Notes: a model not told the origin generated them from the sequence alone. 64,000 bases of DNA from Ramazzottius varieornatus (GCA_001949185.1 BDGG01000007.1:1322730-1386729), one strand, 5' to 3'; positions 1-12,566 are shown, numbered from the stretch's first letter. Program-made: numbers and translations.

Positions 1-756
1 TTCCGTTCAGTTACAGGTGGGATTTGCGCAAGACGAAGTCACGTGGTTTGCCGTATTGGCCCGTAAAACCTCGTGACACGCACTCGCTGAACTCAGAGCC
101 AAGCCACGCTTGCACTCATCGTTCGAGTTGAGTAAATCATGTTGACACATTGTGATCGGCTGATTGAATTTCCAACATGGAGACCTTGATTGGTTTCCGG
201 TAAAAAATTACCGCTTTTCAGAAATCTCAAATCTTCCGAGATTTTCTTCAGTAGAACAGTGAAACAGTGCCTCTTCGATTGTGTTCTGTCATTGCTTTTC
301 TGAAATGTCTTGTTATCACTGAGAACGGAACGAGTTTACGTGTCTTCTCGCCAGTTACGGTTTACCACAGTACAGCTGTTTTCAGCCGAGCATCCACGCC
401 GGATAGTCTGCTATCGTCTCTTCCTGACGTTCAGGCAGCCTCTGCCGGACGGAACCTGGATCCCGCTTCATCAAGCTCGAAAGAGAGAGATCACTTAGTA
501 CTTCTAACACCCGTAACCGTTTTCGTAATTAAAACCGTCCCCTCACAGCAATGTCAGATTAATTCGGGAGGATCTACCCAGGTTAATGGGTGAATGTTTT
601 GGATACTGCTCAAGCCTTCTCGGTGCGCGAGCTCACGAGGGTAGTTAGTGACGGTACAGTGGCGCAATGAAATGATCTGTAAGCCAGGAGGGTGCGCGAC
701 TCGGTCGGGGATGGGTGAGTGGTCCGAGCTGTATGAGTCACGGCTCGATTCAATAG

Positions 757-1899
757 AGAGGTTGATATGAAATCTGAGCAGCCCAAGAAAACCGAGTAGC
801 GTAAGAGCTTGGCCCCGCCTATCCCTTACTTTACTTGGGAGAGGTTGAGACGCGCTACTCGGTGCGCTCGATTAGCGCAACTTTTCCAAGGACTTTTTGC
901 AAACATCCATTTCTGCTCCTACGTGACTTTCAAACGAATCAGTGAATTACACAGAGTTTTGGTTCGAGTGTAGGACAAACGGGAATTAAAGTTCACTCCT
1001 AGTTTCAAAACCAAAAAGGAGATGGTCGAGACGACTACAAAAGCTACAGTTAAAGTCGATTCAAAATCAAGTGACGTGCTGAAGCTACAGTTAAATGTAC
1101 AGTTCCTCATGATGGTTTTGCTGAAGTTACAGTGAAATTAACAGATCCGTTCAGTTTTTGATAGCTACAGTTGCGCCCACCGTCAAACCCACAGTTACGC
1201 TGCGGACTTCCGTTTCTCTTCAGGTTGAAAAGCCACAGTTAAGCATGCAGTTACTCTTACAGTTGGGAAATATCTCAAATAGGAAGTCAGACGCCAAAAG
1301 GCGCAGTCAGAACTGCAGTTTATGTTCGTGTGACAACCTAAGAGAGCAAAATAGAAGTTTGACGAACTTCTGGAACGAGATACTTACCGAAAAGCATGTT
1401 TGAAACGTTACTCGGATTTCTTAGGCGTTCTTAGGAACGGCCCATATGCCTTACTCGGGAATTAAGCGCCGAGCACATTAGTACGTTCAGCTGATTCGAC
1501 TCCGCCCACGAGCTCGATTTTGATTGGCTCGTTCTTACACTACGAGGTAAAGGTTGTAAACTTAGCCGCCCCATACCGGGTTTGTAAAGTTAGCCACAGC
1601 TGTGGCGTCTATTGCTTGATTGGGTATTTGATTGTGAGTCTTGGCTTTTTAACATGGGATTTCAACGTTTCTTTAATTGCGGATCTCTTGGATCCGCTGA
1701 ATCCTCACGTTGACTGTACTTGATAGCATTCGACAGCCCATTATTCTATCTATCGATCTCTCTAAATTTTCGGATTGCATAGGAGAAAACAGGCAAACTT
1801 GAACGGCTAACTTTACAAACCCGGTATGGGGCGGCTAAGTTTACAACCTTTCCCTCGTACTCGGAGTTCTTACTCTACTCGAGCGTCGTATCAACCTCT
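757..1899. mobile_element. Old non-autonomous DNA element with degenerate terminal inverted repeats (host of the 1543-1857 MITE)
   Basis: The left end AGAGGTTGATAtgaaatctGAGcAGcccAAGAAaaCCGAGTAGcGTAAGAgC (757-) aligns with the reverse complement of the right end AGAGGTTGATAcgacgctcGAGtAGagtAAGAActCCGAGTAGtGTAAGAaC, but only once the inner MITE is removed. Confidence 0.55.
1543..1857. mobile_element. Tc1/mariner-type MITE, 315 bp, TA target duplication
   Basis: 53-bp TIRs (1543-1595 and 1805-1857, one mismatch), CGAGG termini, TA on both sides (1541-42, 1858-59), no coding capacity. Confidence 0.9.
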
Positions 1900-2528
1900 G
1901 GAATAACTCAACGTGTGCACGGACAAGTCATTAGGTCCAATTATACCCAGCGCGTGCACAACTCCTCCTTGTTCAAATGCGGCGACTTTTCATGGCGACG
2001 TCGTCTTGCTCGCATCACACCTGTACTTTTAGTCAACCCCTGCGTCTTTACCCTCCTGACGTGGAGAGATCCACTACAGCGCCACTTTGATCCCAGGCCA
2101 GCGGACCAGCGGTGCCAGCTGCACCAGTGAAAGCTCTACCGTTATCGGGACGACTATTGGCGATGCGCTGTCCAATAATACTTTCGGTAGGAAAACTGCA
2201 GTTTCCAGTTAACGTTCCACCACTATTACAACACTGTTAAGAGGAATCGCTGCTGGTTGCAGTGAAAGTACAAGTAAGTGCCGGCGCCGTGTCGCTTGAC
2301 AAGCACGCTGTAACGAAAGCTGCTTGCTGTGCTTTGGCTACTGCCGCCGTAGGGTTAGTAGTATGGCTGTTAGGGTGGCCGCCCTGCCAGAAGTTACCGC
2401 TGTGGTTGTGGGAACTGTTACCGGTGCGGCTGTGGTCCTTGTTGGTGGGATGAAATAGAATTCGCCGTTGAAGGTATCCAGGTTGCTTTCGTCAGAAATC
2501 GTGAACTGTCCGTTAAGGGTACAAGCTA

Positions 2529-2711
2529 CCTTGTTGTCCATTAGTCCGAAAACCATCTTTTCTATCTGGTCGAAAGTTGCAACCGTTATGTGAGGATGCC
2601 ATACAGTTTGCGCCGCGCCATAATTCATATTCCGGCAAAATATGAAATTATGAAAGGTTTCGACCTCCGACCAGACAGAAAAGATGGTTTTCGGACTAAT
2701 GGACAACAAGG
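2529..2711. mobile_element. Tc1/mariner-type MITE, 183 bp, TA target duplication
   Basis: 44-bp TIRs CCTTGTTGTCCATTAGTCCGAAAACCATCTTTTCT... (2529-2572 and 2668-2711, one mismatch), flanked by TA at 2527-28 and 2712-13. Confidence 0.88.
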
Positions 2712-4501
2712 TACTCGCAGCTTGTGTCCTTAAAGAAGTAATTTGGGTTCACGACCGCGAGCAGCTGTGGAGCTCCGCCTGTGTTCTGCATACTCTGCTG
2801 ATCAACTCCTCCGGACACACCAATTGGGAGCTCAGACCACCAATGCGGTTTGCCGAATTTATCACACCCAAGCCAGCTTGCTACCATCAAGCATTTCGAC
2901 GCTGAGAAATTCAAAGTAAGACCCTGGCATTCATGCTTCCACACGTTCCGTCCCAATTTCAGAGCTGCTTTCACTGAGCTATGATATTTCTTATTGTAAT
3001 GAGAAATAGTTCGAAAAAGTTGAGCAGTATAATTTTCGATATGGAAAACATACCGCAGCAGGTAAAACGCTGTCTCCGGTTGAGAGTTTTCATTCCCAAA
3101 CTGACGCAAAGAGGCTTAAAAGTAAGCTGGTTGTCGGAAAAAATCAAGAAAGAGTGAGGAAGTTCCGCACGACCTTGCCAAACGAATTAAAACCGTCAAA
3201 TTCGAACTCTCCATTAGGAAGTCACTTCCTTTTTCGAACTCTCCATTAGGTGTCTTCAGTTTTACTTGCAGAACTGCGTTGATTGCGTTGATCAAGGAAG
3301 TGACTTTCCGAATTTCCCTAACGAGATAAGCAGCCCTCGAGCTGCTTTTCTTGCAAGTGGAACCCGTTGATCTCATGCACGCCTGCCTCGAAATTTCGAC
3401 TTCTATTTGTTTTTACTAAACGTTCCCTGCTCGTCTTCTCCACACCTTTTTTCCTGCATGATTTCATTCAGATTTTGTCACACAGCTCCGAATATAGGAC
3501 GACGCAAAGAAGTACCTGCTAACGGGGAGACGAGTGAGGCGCCAGCGAAGAAGTCTCGCAAGCCCCGAGCAGCCAGAGCGCAAGCCTTGGACAACTCCGG
3601 ACCGCGCAACAATGGAGTTTGGATGCCTGGGGAAGATGAACATCTTAGCTTCCGGAACTCCCGAAGCGATAGGCGCAAATCATAAGCTGCACCCACCGAA
3701 AATTTTGGGTACTAGTTTCTCGGCTTGGTTTGTATTTAGGTGTCGTGTCGTTTCGAGATCAGACTTTAATCTAGGTGAGATCAGGATCGGAATACAAAAG
3801 ACTCTTCATGTATTCCCGGGAGGACTTACGCGGAATAAAGAGAGAGGACAGGATGAAAACAACAATTGTATTCCCACCAGTGTACGCATAAGGATTTACC
3901 TTGTGTTTTTTATTCGGCTGATTTTTGATTACTTCCTGGTTCGCCGTTTGTATTCTGATTTGTTGCCGTACCTGGTAGCTAATTTTGTATTGATTGAGCG
4001 AGCCGGAAATGTGTTACCGACTATTACTTTACTGTACTGCAAAATGTGATCAACAGGAGTTACAAAGTTTGGAAAAATTCTGCAAGAAACGATAAAAAGA
4101 TCAAGTCTGACACCAGACCAAGTATGGAAATCATCGGAATTAATATGCTATAAACCAGATCGAAATACCTGCTCACATCACGACGAAACTTCCACAGAAT
4201 TTAAACCCGCCAAAGACAATAAGATCAGGTAACAAAACTGAAGGATCAACGGCAAGAAGCGAAGGCAACAGCTTCGAGATAATTTGTTCAACGAGAGGTA
4301 AAACAACCTGAGAAAAACATGAAAAAACCTCTAAAGCTACACTATTCTTGGTCGAAAGACGCGTTGAAGATCACCTGGGCGTAAATCTCTCCCATCTCTT
4401 GTTCTTCTTCGGCGAAGCGAGCCTCGTCGGCTGCTTCACGCTCCTTCCTGGCAGCCAAAGCTTTCTCCTGCAGGTCTTCCTGCTCCATTTCCCGTCAAGC
4501 C

Positions 4502-4981
4502 TTGCGTCAAGCCTTGCGCGCTGCTTCCCGCAGCAGCGTCTCGCCACAGAATGTCCCGCAGACTATCCCACTGAGCTCATTACCAGACCCAATCACCCCA
4601 TCTGAAATATCCCTGGCACTGGAGAAGGTGTTGGCAACTGGCCTTCTTCTGTCGAGAGACTTACCGTTGAACTGTGGTTCCTCTATTGTGAATCCTTTAG
4701 TTAGTTTATTCAACTCATGTCTTTTTCGCAGTGAATTTCCTCGCTGTTGGAAGGTCTCCTACGTGACCGTCATTCTCAAAGGATCCCTCGACAACACACG
4801 CTGTACCAACTGGCGACCCATCTCACTTCTCCATCCACTCTCGAAGATCTTCGAAACCATCGTCGCGGACAGACTTCGCTCCTACCTCGAAATCCACTCC
4901 CTCCTCAGCGACGACCAGTTTGGCTTCCGCCAAAAACGATCCACCGAACTCGTCACTACTCTTGTGGTACAAGAAGGATGA
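4502..4981 (+). pseudogene. Non-LTR retrotransposon (LINE) reverse transcriptase N-terminal fragment
   Basis: Motifs WKVSYVTVILKG, NWRPISLLHPLSKIFETIV and LLSDDQFGFRQKRST are typical of LINE RT domains 0-2. The frame stops before the catalytic YADD motif. Confidence 0.85.
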
Positions 4982-6755
4982 TGGGAAAAATGAGATTTTT
5001 TTCCTGCCTTAGGCAAATTAGGATGGCAACATGCCAGATTTGATGTAAAAATAGGTATATTGTATCCTAAAGGCACACTTGTAGAAAGCTGGTGTCCGGT
5101 AGATTTATAAAAATGTTTTCAAATAGTTTTTAGCCTAGGTTGTTACTCGTCATTTTTCCAAACATGAAATCGTTTTCTGATTTCGTGCCTGCTTCACTCT
5201 CACTTTTTAGCCGTTTATGGAATTTAGTGGGTTTCTACTTTCCGGTTCCTCATTTGAATACCGACCCGAGTACGAACCGTCACTCACATGACGGGCAGTA
5301 CATACGGGTGCCAATTTTTTCCCGCAGAGGTTGTTGGGCCGCGGCACGGCTGGTAGCCGCTAGTATCCGTACGTTCACCAACTTACGTGTAGCGCTCAAG
5401 TTGCTAACGTCCTTTGTGTGTAACAATTGTTTGGCTAGTAGAAGAAACCCGGGACATTGATTAATTGTTTCCTTTCTGGAGACGTTCTGCTCGAAAGATA
5501 TCCCTTCCGAAGGCGGAAACTGAAAGTGAACAGCAACGTGCTGAGGGAACTGGCCAAATTTGCCCCTTCCCAAATTATTATTGTAATACTCTCATGTGAC
5601 TTTGAGGTATTAGTCTGAACTACCATTGGCCAGTTACACGTATGAGGGAAGACAAAACATTACGGAAGTGATTACCCGTTTAGTTTGCTCACCTCTAGAA
5701 AAATCCAGATTTGTTTCGTTTTCCTTATTGCGAATGGAAACGTGCCGACCTCAGACTGCTGCACCACCGCAACAAGAGACAAACTCCACAGAATGTTTCT
5801 AAGCTAGAGCCGGTCTGCTCAGAGAGCGGAAGCACCACCGAAAATTTTGAATCGTCAGCAACAGTTGCGACACCAAAAGAAGACAAATCATCGAAATTCC
5901 CGGAAGTGAGAGTATCTTCGGTGAGAAAGAAAAGTTCTATCGCGAGAGCGCATTGAAAAATGGCTTCACAAAGTTTCATTCCTCACAGGTGATCGCTTCA
6001 CAAGTTTGCCATTCCTCACTGGTACTGTGTGAGGTTCAGAGCATCGTTGTGCGCCTTCCACAAATGAAACTTTCTAAAATAACCGAGCAGTTTTGGGGTT
6101 GTCTTGTGTGGTGCTGTACAGGCTATCATACTACTGGTTCTACGGTGGACGATGCTCCTTTTGGATTTTCTCCAACTCCAGTGAAGAGGGCCTTATCCTT
6201 TCTTCCCGATTACTTTGTACAGAACTAAGGGTCTAAGCTATCAGGAAAAAACCTTCGGCTTCGTGATCGGCGAGTGACATGGTCTGAATAGTCCCTCGTT
6301 AAGTGGGCCCAATGGCCGCTCGATTTTTCTTTTGTTATGGTACTGCATTGCAGCGCCCCTTAACACTGCATCCATTACAATGAAGAAAGTACCGCCCTGC
6401 AGGTGATCAAATTTGATTGGCCGTTGTGGACACATTACTGCAGTCGCAGTGTACTCATGTAAACACACTAAACCAATCGAACTTGATCGCCTGCAGGGCA
6501 GTACTTTCTCCATTGTAGTATGTCGTAGACCACCTCGGTGTTGTCCTACTTTGTCCTCTACGACCATTACCAAAAAAACGAGCGATTACAGTAGGTCCAG
6601 CAAAGAGACTACTCGAGTAACTCGACCGGTCTTCGGGTCGTCCGAAACTTGGCCGAAGCTGCGTGAATTGTAAAGATTTTCGGCATTCGGACAGGATAGC
6701 GGTTTCAGCTCTTCGTGAAGGGGATTCGTACAAGGTTGTCGGTTCTGATCAGCTT

Positions 6756-8000
6756 TTACCCTTGTACCAGCCAAGCCAGATGTTCAGACTCGTTCCGGAT
6801 GATTTCTTTGACCAATTCCTCTTCCCGCTGGATGTCTTCAGATCTTAGATGATCAGAACCTTGCGTCGCTGCGTCTCTTGTCTGATACACCAGAACGCCG
6901 TACACACACACACACGCACACACACAGTAAGCAAATACAATGGTACTCTTTGCGATAATATTTGAGACCGTAAAAACCAGTAAAAAACACACTGCCACCC
7001 GCAGAGTAGCATTTGCAAATGTTATGAGAAGGATAGTCCAGTCCCCATACGCTCGACGCATTTGGTGATCTAATTGTTGTGCGTACTCAGCATCATTCTC
7101 GCCCGCTCCCTGTTTTCTGAAGACCTGCAGAATTGAGGCCATAACAGCCACCACGGCGATCATGTCGCGAATGCAGTTGAGGAGAATCAGATGACCGAAA
7201 GTGTCGTTGAAATTACGGACTAAATTCTGGAACATCCGGAGGACAATGGGCTCCTCACGTAGTGTCTCCAAAAACTTTTTTGAGCCTGCGGTTTTAGCCA
7301 GAGCAGCACATTGGATGTCACGATATACCTTCGCGAAAGCTTGCGCAAAGCCAAACATAACAAATATATAGGCTAACTGCGACGCGGAGTCGGCATTAAC
7401 TGATACCATGTACCGAGAAGACGTTAGGATCAGCGAGATGTATTCGTAAACAGGTTTTCCTAGTGCCAGGGTTAAGTGATGAAGATTTTCTGATGAACTC
7501 AGTGCGAACCAGTATCGTTGGGTCATGCCGGTACCAAATATTGTGAAAAGTGTAAGTATCCAGACTACAGCAAAAAGGTTTATTCTTTTACACATGGAAG
7601 AGCGAGAACCAGTAATTCTTAACCGATCCATCTCAAGAAACAGCCGTGCTACTGCTTTCCGAGACTTGAACATGAAGAGCATAATAAGAGGGGCCAACAA
7701 GAGCTGCGAAGCGTTGTTGATCAGTCTAACCAGAACAAAGAAGTCCAAAGATGCAATATCCTTGAAGTAATGCGAAACGTAGTCGCCGAGTCCCACAAGT
7801 GCAAGTGTGCCGGTCAATGTTGCTACCATATAACCGTAAGCCGACAGGAGAAAATTCCCGCAACGGTAGAAAGACGATTCTCCAGTGAGCCGGTTTTCGC
7901 GGGCCGATTCCAAGGAGCGCGGATGGTATAATCCACAAAGCCATAAGTAACGGAGGAAACTGGATGGTAGAAAGTTGTCTGATGTGGACTTAGTTTTCAT
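6756..8000 (-). CDS. Intronless multi-TM gustatory-receptor-like (7TM chemoreceptor) protein, 414 aa
   Basis: ATG-initiated 1245-nt ORF with several hydrophobic helices, an N-terminal LWLCGLY, NFNDTFGHLILL before a late TM helix, and a C-terminal YGVLVYQ resembling the GR TM7 TYhhhhhQ motif. Confidence 0.6.
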   Translation of the reverse strand: MKTKSTSDNFLPSSFLRYLWLCGLYHPRSLESARENRLTGESSFYRCGNFLLSAYGYMVATLTGTLALVGLGDYVSHYFKDIASLDFFVLVRLINNASQLLLAPLIMLFMFKSRKAVARLFLEMDRLRITGSRSSMCKRINLFAVVWILTLFTIFGTGMTQRYWFALSSSENLHHLTLALGKPVYEYISLILTSSRYMVSVNADSASQLAYIFVMFGFAQAFAKVYRDIQCAALAKTAGSKKFLETLREEPIVLRMFQNLVRNFNDTFGHLILLNCIRDMIAVVAVMASILQVFRKQGAGENDAEYAQQLDHQMRRAYGDWTILLITFANATLRVAVCFLLVFTVSNIIAKSTIVFAYCVCACVCVYGVLVYQTRDAATQGSDHLRSEDIQREEELVKEIIRNESEHLAWLVQG

Positions 8001-8844
8001 GATACCAGCCGGCCAGACTAGGAAAGTTCAATGTCGTTGCCTGATTTCACCAACCGTACATTTGGACCAGAGTCACCAGATATTCCGTCTATCAATAGCT
8101 GTGGTAGTCACTCGAAATGTTCTATGTGCATCTGTCCTACGTGTTGCTGAAAGAACTTCGAAAGCCTGAGACTATTTCTAAACCTGATATATGATCTGGA
8201 CGATACATTTGAGTTCCGACCACATCAGACTGCATTCATGACAGGTGATCTGTGTGGTAGGTGCGTTTGCTCCGTTTTTGGAACTATTTGACAACTCCGC
8301 TATTTTCACCTCATACTGAAGGGACGAAAGAACAGTACGTCGGCGTTACTGTACTGGGACTTCACTGCCATCCCCATGTCGATAACAAATGGTGCTCCGA
8401 GGTTTGCTGTGGGTCTCTCAAAGCCGCTAACGTAAGAACCGAGTCCTGCACCTAGCCCATGTGAGCTCCCAACGGCCTTTGTTTGACTTCTAACGTGCAT
8501 TATTCGTAGGTTGAAAGAGCTCATGCAGCGGATTAGGATCGTTTCGAACATCGGAAAACTATCGATTCTTCTCAAGTTCCACCTGCACGTGATTTTGATG
8601 AAAGCAATGTTACGAAGAAGCGCACCTACAGTGTAGGAGAGGTATCCCTTCTGGATATACATTCCATTGCTCTCAGTTGATTACCAGAAACGGATTTGTT
8701 GCTTACGTTTTCTTTGAATTTTGACTCACTTCGAAGGAAAAATGCTGCGGCCCGATTAAACCAGTAAAAATCGTATAAACAACGAGCTACAGTATATGAG
8801 CCCAAACACAGCACTGTGGAACAGCCGTCTTGATTTGCGACGTA

Positions 8845-9176
8845 GAGGACATGATTCGGGCATAGTCATTTCGCATCATAATTCGGGAATATTTTTTCGG
8901 AGCTCCTGCTGCGCCTAATCACGTGTTTCTTGTTTTTTGAGGTAGATCGATCTCTCCCTTCAAGGTGCGAATAGGTTTGGAGATGACTAAATGTTGTAGG
9001 TCAGAAGACCCTGTCGTGGGGAAGAGACGGGTTTGTCCAATGTCAAAAAGCCTAAAGTTGTATCAACAGGTGTACGATGAGATGTGAATCAAGGGTTGAC
9101 AGTAATACTATTTATTCAAACTTTCTGCATTGCCCGAAATATGGTGCGAAAATCGCTATGCCCGAATTATGTGCTC
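8845..9176. mobile_element. MITE family copy 1 (about 330 bp; second copy at 53834-54159)
   Basis: Imperfect TIRs GAGGACATGATTCGGGCATAG...CTATGCCCGAATTATGTGCTC. The internal sequence is colinear and highly similar to 53834-54159. Confidence 0.85.
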
Positions 9177-10474
9177 AACCCCGTAGTTGGAGGAACACTG
9201 GCTGACGAGATAGCCAGGTGGAAATTTACCCCGTCAAGAACTACAAAGGGATCACACAATAAAGTGTGTCCTGTATCACTGGAGGAAGCGAAAATTCTGA
9301 AACCTCGAATTGTAACGGAGGATAGCTTATTACATCATAGAAAACCACCTTTATCTTTTCCAATCGACCAAGTGAGGAGAAACAGCCAAAAATTGATGAC
9401 CCCAGTGAAGTGGCGCACACAAAAACGCGCGGCCCGATTAAACCAGATATTTTACGAAACTTTGTTTGTGCGAAAATCAGCGTTCGTTCTTTCCGAGTTT
9501 ATTGCCTTTGGTGTGTACCCCGAGCCATGCAGTATAATACGAAGACCCGTTTTTCAGAAGGAGTAGATAGCTTTTTGGTAAAAAACATTGCGAACAGACC
9601 CTAGTCAAAACTGGGCGCTGCTCCTTCTCCCATTTTCCCAATTTTCTTCTCTCTTCGAATTGCTCTGGCTGCAGTAGTGAAAAATTGTACGGGGCTTGTT
9701 GTTACTGTTGAGGGGCTTGTTGTTACAATGAAAAATTTCATTGCGTACTCAAAAACCGTTGTCAAAAGTGTACCCCTCAAAAGCGCAGTCATATTGAAAG
9801 ACCAAGTATTTCCTAAACTGTAGTAAATAGTAATGTCGGAGCTCGTGTAATAAGTTACTACGGTTATTTGACGTTCTCATCCAGTGAAGGTTTGAAACAA
9901 AGTATCTACTGTCTTCGGCTGCCCACAACTCAGAAAGCGTAGAATACTTCTCCTGCGGGAAACCCGCACTCTCTGGAGGAGCGTTAAGAACCGGAGGGGA
10001 GCTAAGGAAAGCATCGGAAAAACCTGGCAGTGTACAATAAACTGTTTAGGAAGAGCGTTTTGTCTGCGTGGCTTGGGTGTGATAGGCACCAGACATCAGC
10101 TGAAGAAAAAACGTGTGTCTGAAAAAGCTGTGCCGGCAAGCGTCGTCCCAAAACATATTTCTAACTTTTGTAATTAATGATTCTGGATGTACTCCAGCCG
10201 GGCTGAACGCTGTTTGCATCTTTTACAAGAACCATGTAATCAAGTTCTGCAGTCACCACCTCGGCAACATCCGCCCAAAAAACGAGCACATCAGGAAGCT
10301 GTACATTTGATCTTCGTCGGTAGCGATGCATGCAGCCTACCACGGGATTCTTAGATCTAGGTATGCCAGCAATGATTAACCGTACACGATCACGCAACGA
10401 AGTTCCGAAAGGCCCAGATCCAGAACCTTCGTGTTCATATCCTTGTGTGTGAATCCAGCATTTCAGTTCAGAAT

Positions 10475-10638
10475 ATAGATTTTCAGAACACTAGTTTTTT
10501 GAGCAGAGGAGGTCAGCTGGATAGAAGTCATGATTTTGTCGACCAATGGAAAGAAAAAGTTCCGGAATCTACCGGACACATGAGCGGAAGGAACCGGCAC
10601 ATGATTGCCAAGGTGTAGGAAAATGTGACAAGCCGATC
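10475..10638 (+). repeat. 164-bp arm of an inverted duplication (partner 11899-12062), adjoining the hAT remnant
   Basis: Near-identical to the reverse complement of 11899-12062. Confidence 0.85.
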
Positions 10639-10885
10639 CTATACTCCTTGTCCGTTCAGACGATCGAAGCGCCTTTTCTCTAAGACTGTGAGCGAAACCA
10701 TCAAGTATCTCATCAGCAACTTGTACACAGACCGCTTTAGCGACAGGTACGCGCTTATGGAGATCTTCGCTGTTACCCCCGTTACTTTCGCAACAGGCGA
10801 ACGTTCCTTCTCGACGTTGAAAATTGAAAAAAATTATCTTCGTTCACGTATGCGCAACTATCGTCTGAACGGACAAGGGGTATAG
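10625..10885 (+). pseudogene. hAT transposase C-terminal dimerisation-domain remnant
   Basis: PVTFATGERSFSTLKIEKNYLRSRMRNYRLNG matches the hAT dimerisation motif P.T.A..ERSFS.LK..K..LRS.M...RL. Confidence 0.8.
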
Positions 10886-11173
10886 GATCGACCACGATCG
10901 AGTCGCTCGAAAATATCTCGAGAAACCACTCGGGGACCTCCCACTAACAGCAGAGCCAATGCGTGAAATCAACCTCGCGGATATGGAGGATGCGGCCGAG
11001 ATCGATCAACAAGGCCAAGATCCGGAACTTCATGGACTGGACGTGGACGTATAGATATCCATATGTACAATGTCCTCACTGCTAATTACGCGAAAAAATG
11101 ATTGAATAGTTTTCCACACTCTGGTACCAAGCCCAATAAAATGCATAAGTCAATTAAAATATAATTTGCAGTA

Positions 11174-11502
11174 CAGGAGGAGTAAGCATGTGTGACCCAG
11201 TAAGGAAATGTGTGACCCAGTAGTCTCAGACGGCGTGACATGTATCAAATATGCATTACGTTAACAGAAACACTTTTTATGTAAGATAGACAACACTGTA
11301 ATTCGTTACGTCATAGGCTTTATTTAATTACCAGTGCCTCATGNNNNNNNNNNNNNNNNNNNNNNNNNNNNNNNNNNNNNNNNNNNNNNNNNNTCATAGG
11401 CTTTATTTTATTACCAGTGCCTCATGCTTTTCTATGGATGCGCCCTCTGAGACTACTGGGTCACACATTTCCTCACTGGGTCACACATGCTTACTCCTCC
11501 TG
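11174..11502. mobile_element. Tc1/mariner-type MITE spanning the assembly gap
   Basis: 57-bp TIRs (11174-11230 and 11446-11502), each with two ATGTGTGACCCAGT subterminal repeats; TA flanks at 11172-73 and 11503-04. Confidence 0.85.
11344..11393. other. Assembly gap (50 N)
   Basis: Run of N; the 33 bp on either side are duplicates of each other with one mismatch. Confidence 0.99.
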
Positions 11503-11898
11503 TACAACAAGTTCTTATCCGCATACCCACAACAGTTTTGCGCGCAAGCCCGGACAGAACAAACATGTTGAAATTCCAAACGAACCTACCACGCTTTTGA
11601 AGCTCGCACCTTGCTTGCGTTTACAGCTGTCGACCAGTTCACTTCCGAAAATTTCTGATGGTACCCGCAATAAAAAGACTGGTGTATGTATTGTCATGCG
11701 TGACAAAGCTGACCATGCGTTCAGTCTGGCTTTGTTTGCTTCAAGCGTATTTACTCTTCCTTCACTAATAACGGCTTACATTCTCGAGGTTACACTACGG
11801 GTAACAGCGAGCAAGTTCCGTGAACACACAGTAAGACAGGTTTCGCGCTTCACCAGTCGTCAAAATGTGGTCAGTCATCGAAGTGTGCGAGCCCGTCA

Positions 11899-12062
11899 GA
11901 TCGGCTTGTGACATTTTCCTACACCTTGGCAATCATGTGCCGGTTCCTTCCGCTCATGTGTCCGGTAGATTCCGGAACTTTTTCTTTCCATTGGTCGACA
12001 AAATCATGACTTCTATCCAGTTGACCTCTTCTGCTCAAAAAAGTAATGTTCTGAGAATCTAT
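11899..12062 (-). repeat. 164-bp inverted copy of 10475-10638
   Basis: Direct reverse-complement comparison. Confidence 0.85.
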
Positions 12063-12566
12063 GACCACACTGCGACCGTATACAGCGAAATCGTCAGAGG
12101 GGTGGGTATTTATAACCGTGAGCCGTTCACTAGGTAGGTTGATTTGTGTGATTTCAACTTTACCTCAGACGACACGACTCGAATATGTTAGTCTATGCAC
12201 ATAAATCCTAACACGTATCCAATGTGGCACCATTCTATACCGAAGTTTTTCTCAATGATTATGCTGAAGACTATCTTTGGTAGACCGCATCTTGTGACGC
12301 AAACCGGGCCAGATTCACGAGACAGAGACGCCGTCATAACGGTGTAAACAGTGCTTTGTTATCAGATGACTTCCGTGTTCCACTATACAGGGTTCCTTAA
12401 GGTTATATGCTCTTATTTCAATTCAGAAAATTCGAAGGCATGTATAATCTCGTGTGTCAATAAGAAGCAGTGAATGTCCACGGAGACAGATCACAGATCC
12501 CCAAAGTACGCTCGATTGGTTGACTTTCGCGAGCCACCTTCACGAGGCACAGAAGGTACAGAAGCT

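Noticed and set aside
3201-3250. 18-bp direct repeat TTCGAACTCTCCATTAGG
   Set aside because: A single local duplication with no associated structure.
9405-9425. AAGTGGCGCAC half-site (and AGTGGCGC near 658)
   Set aside because: No inverted partner at 28-29 nt, so not counted as modules.
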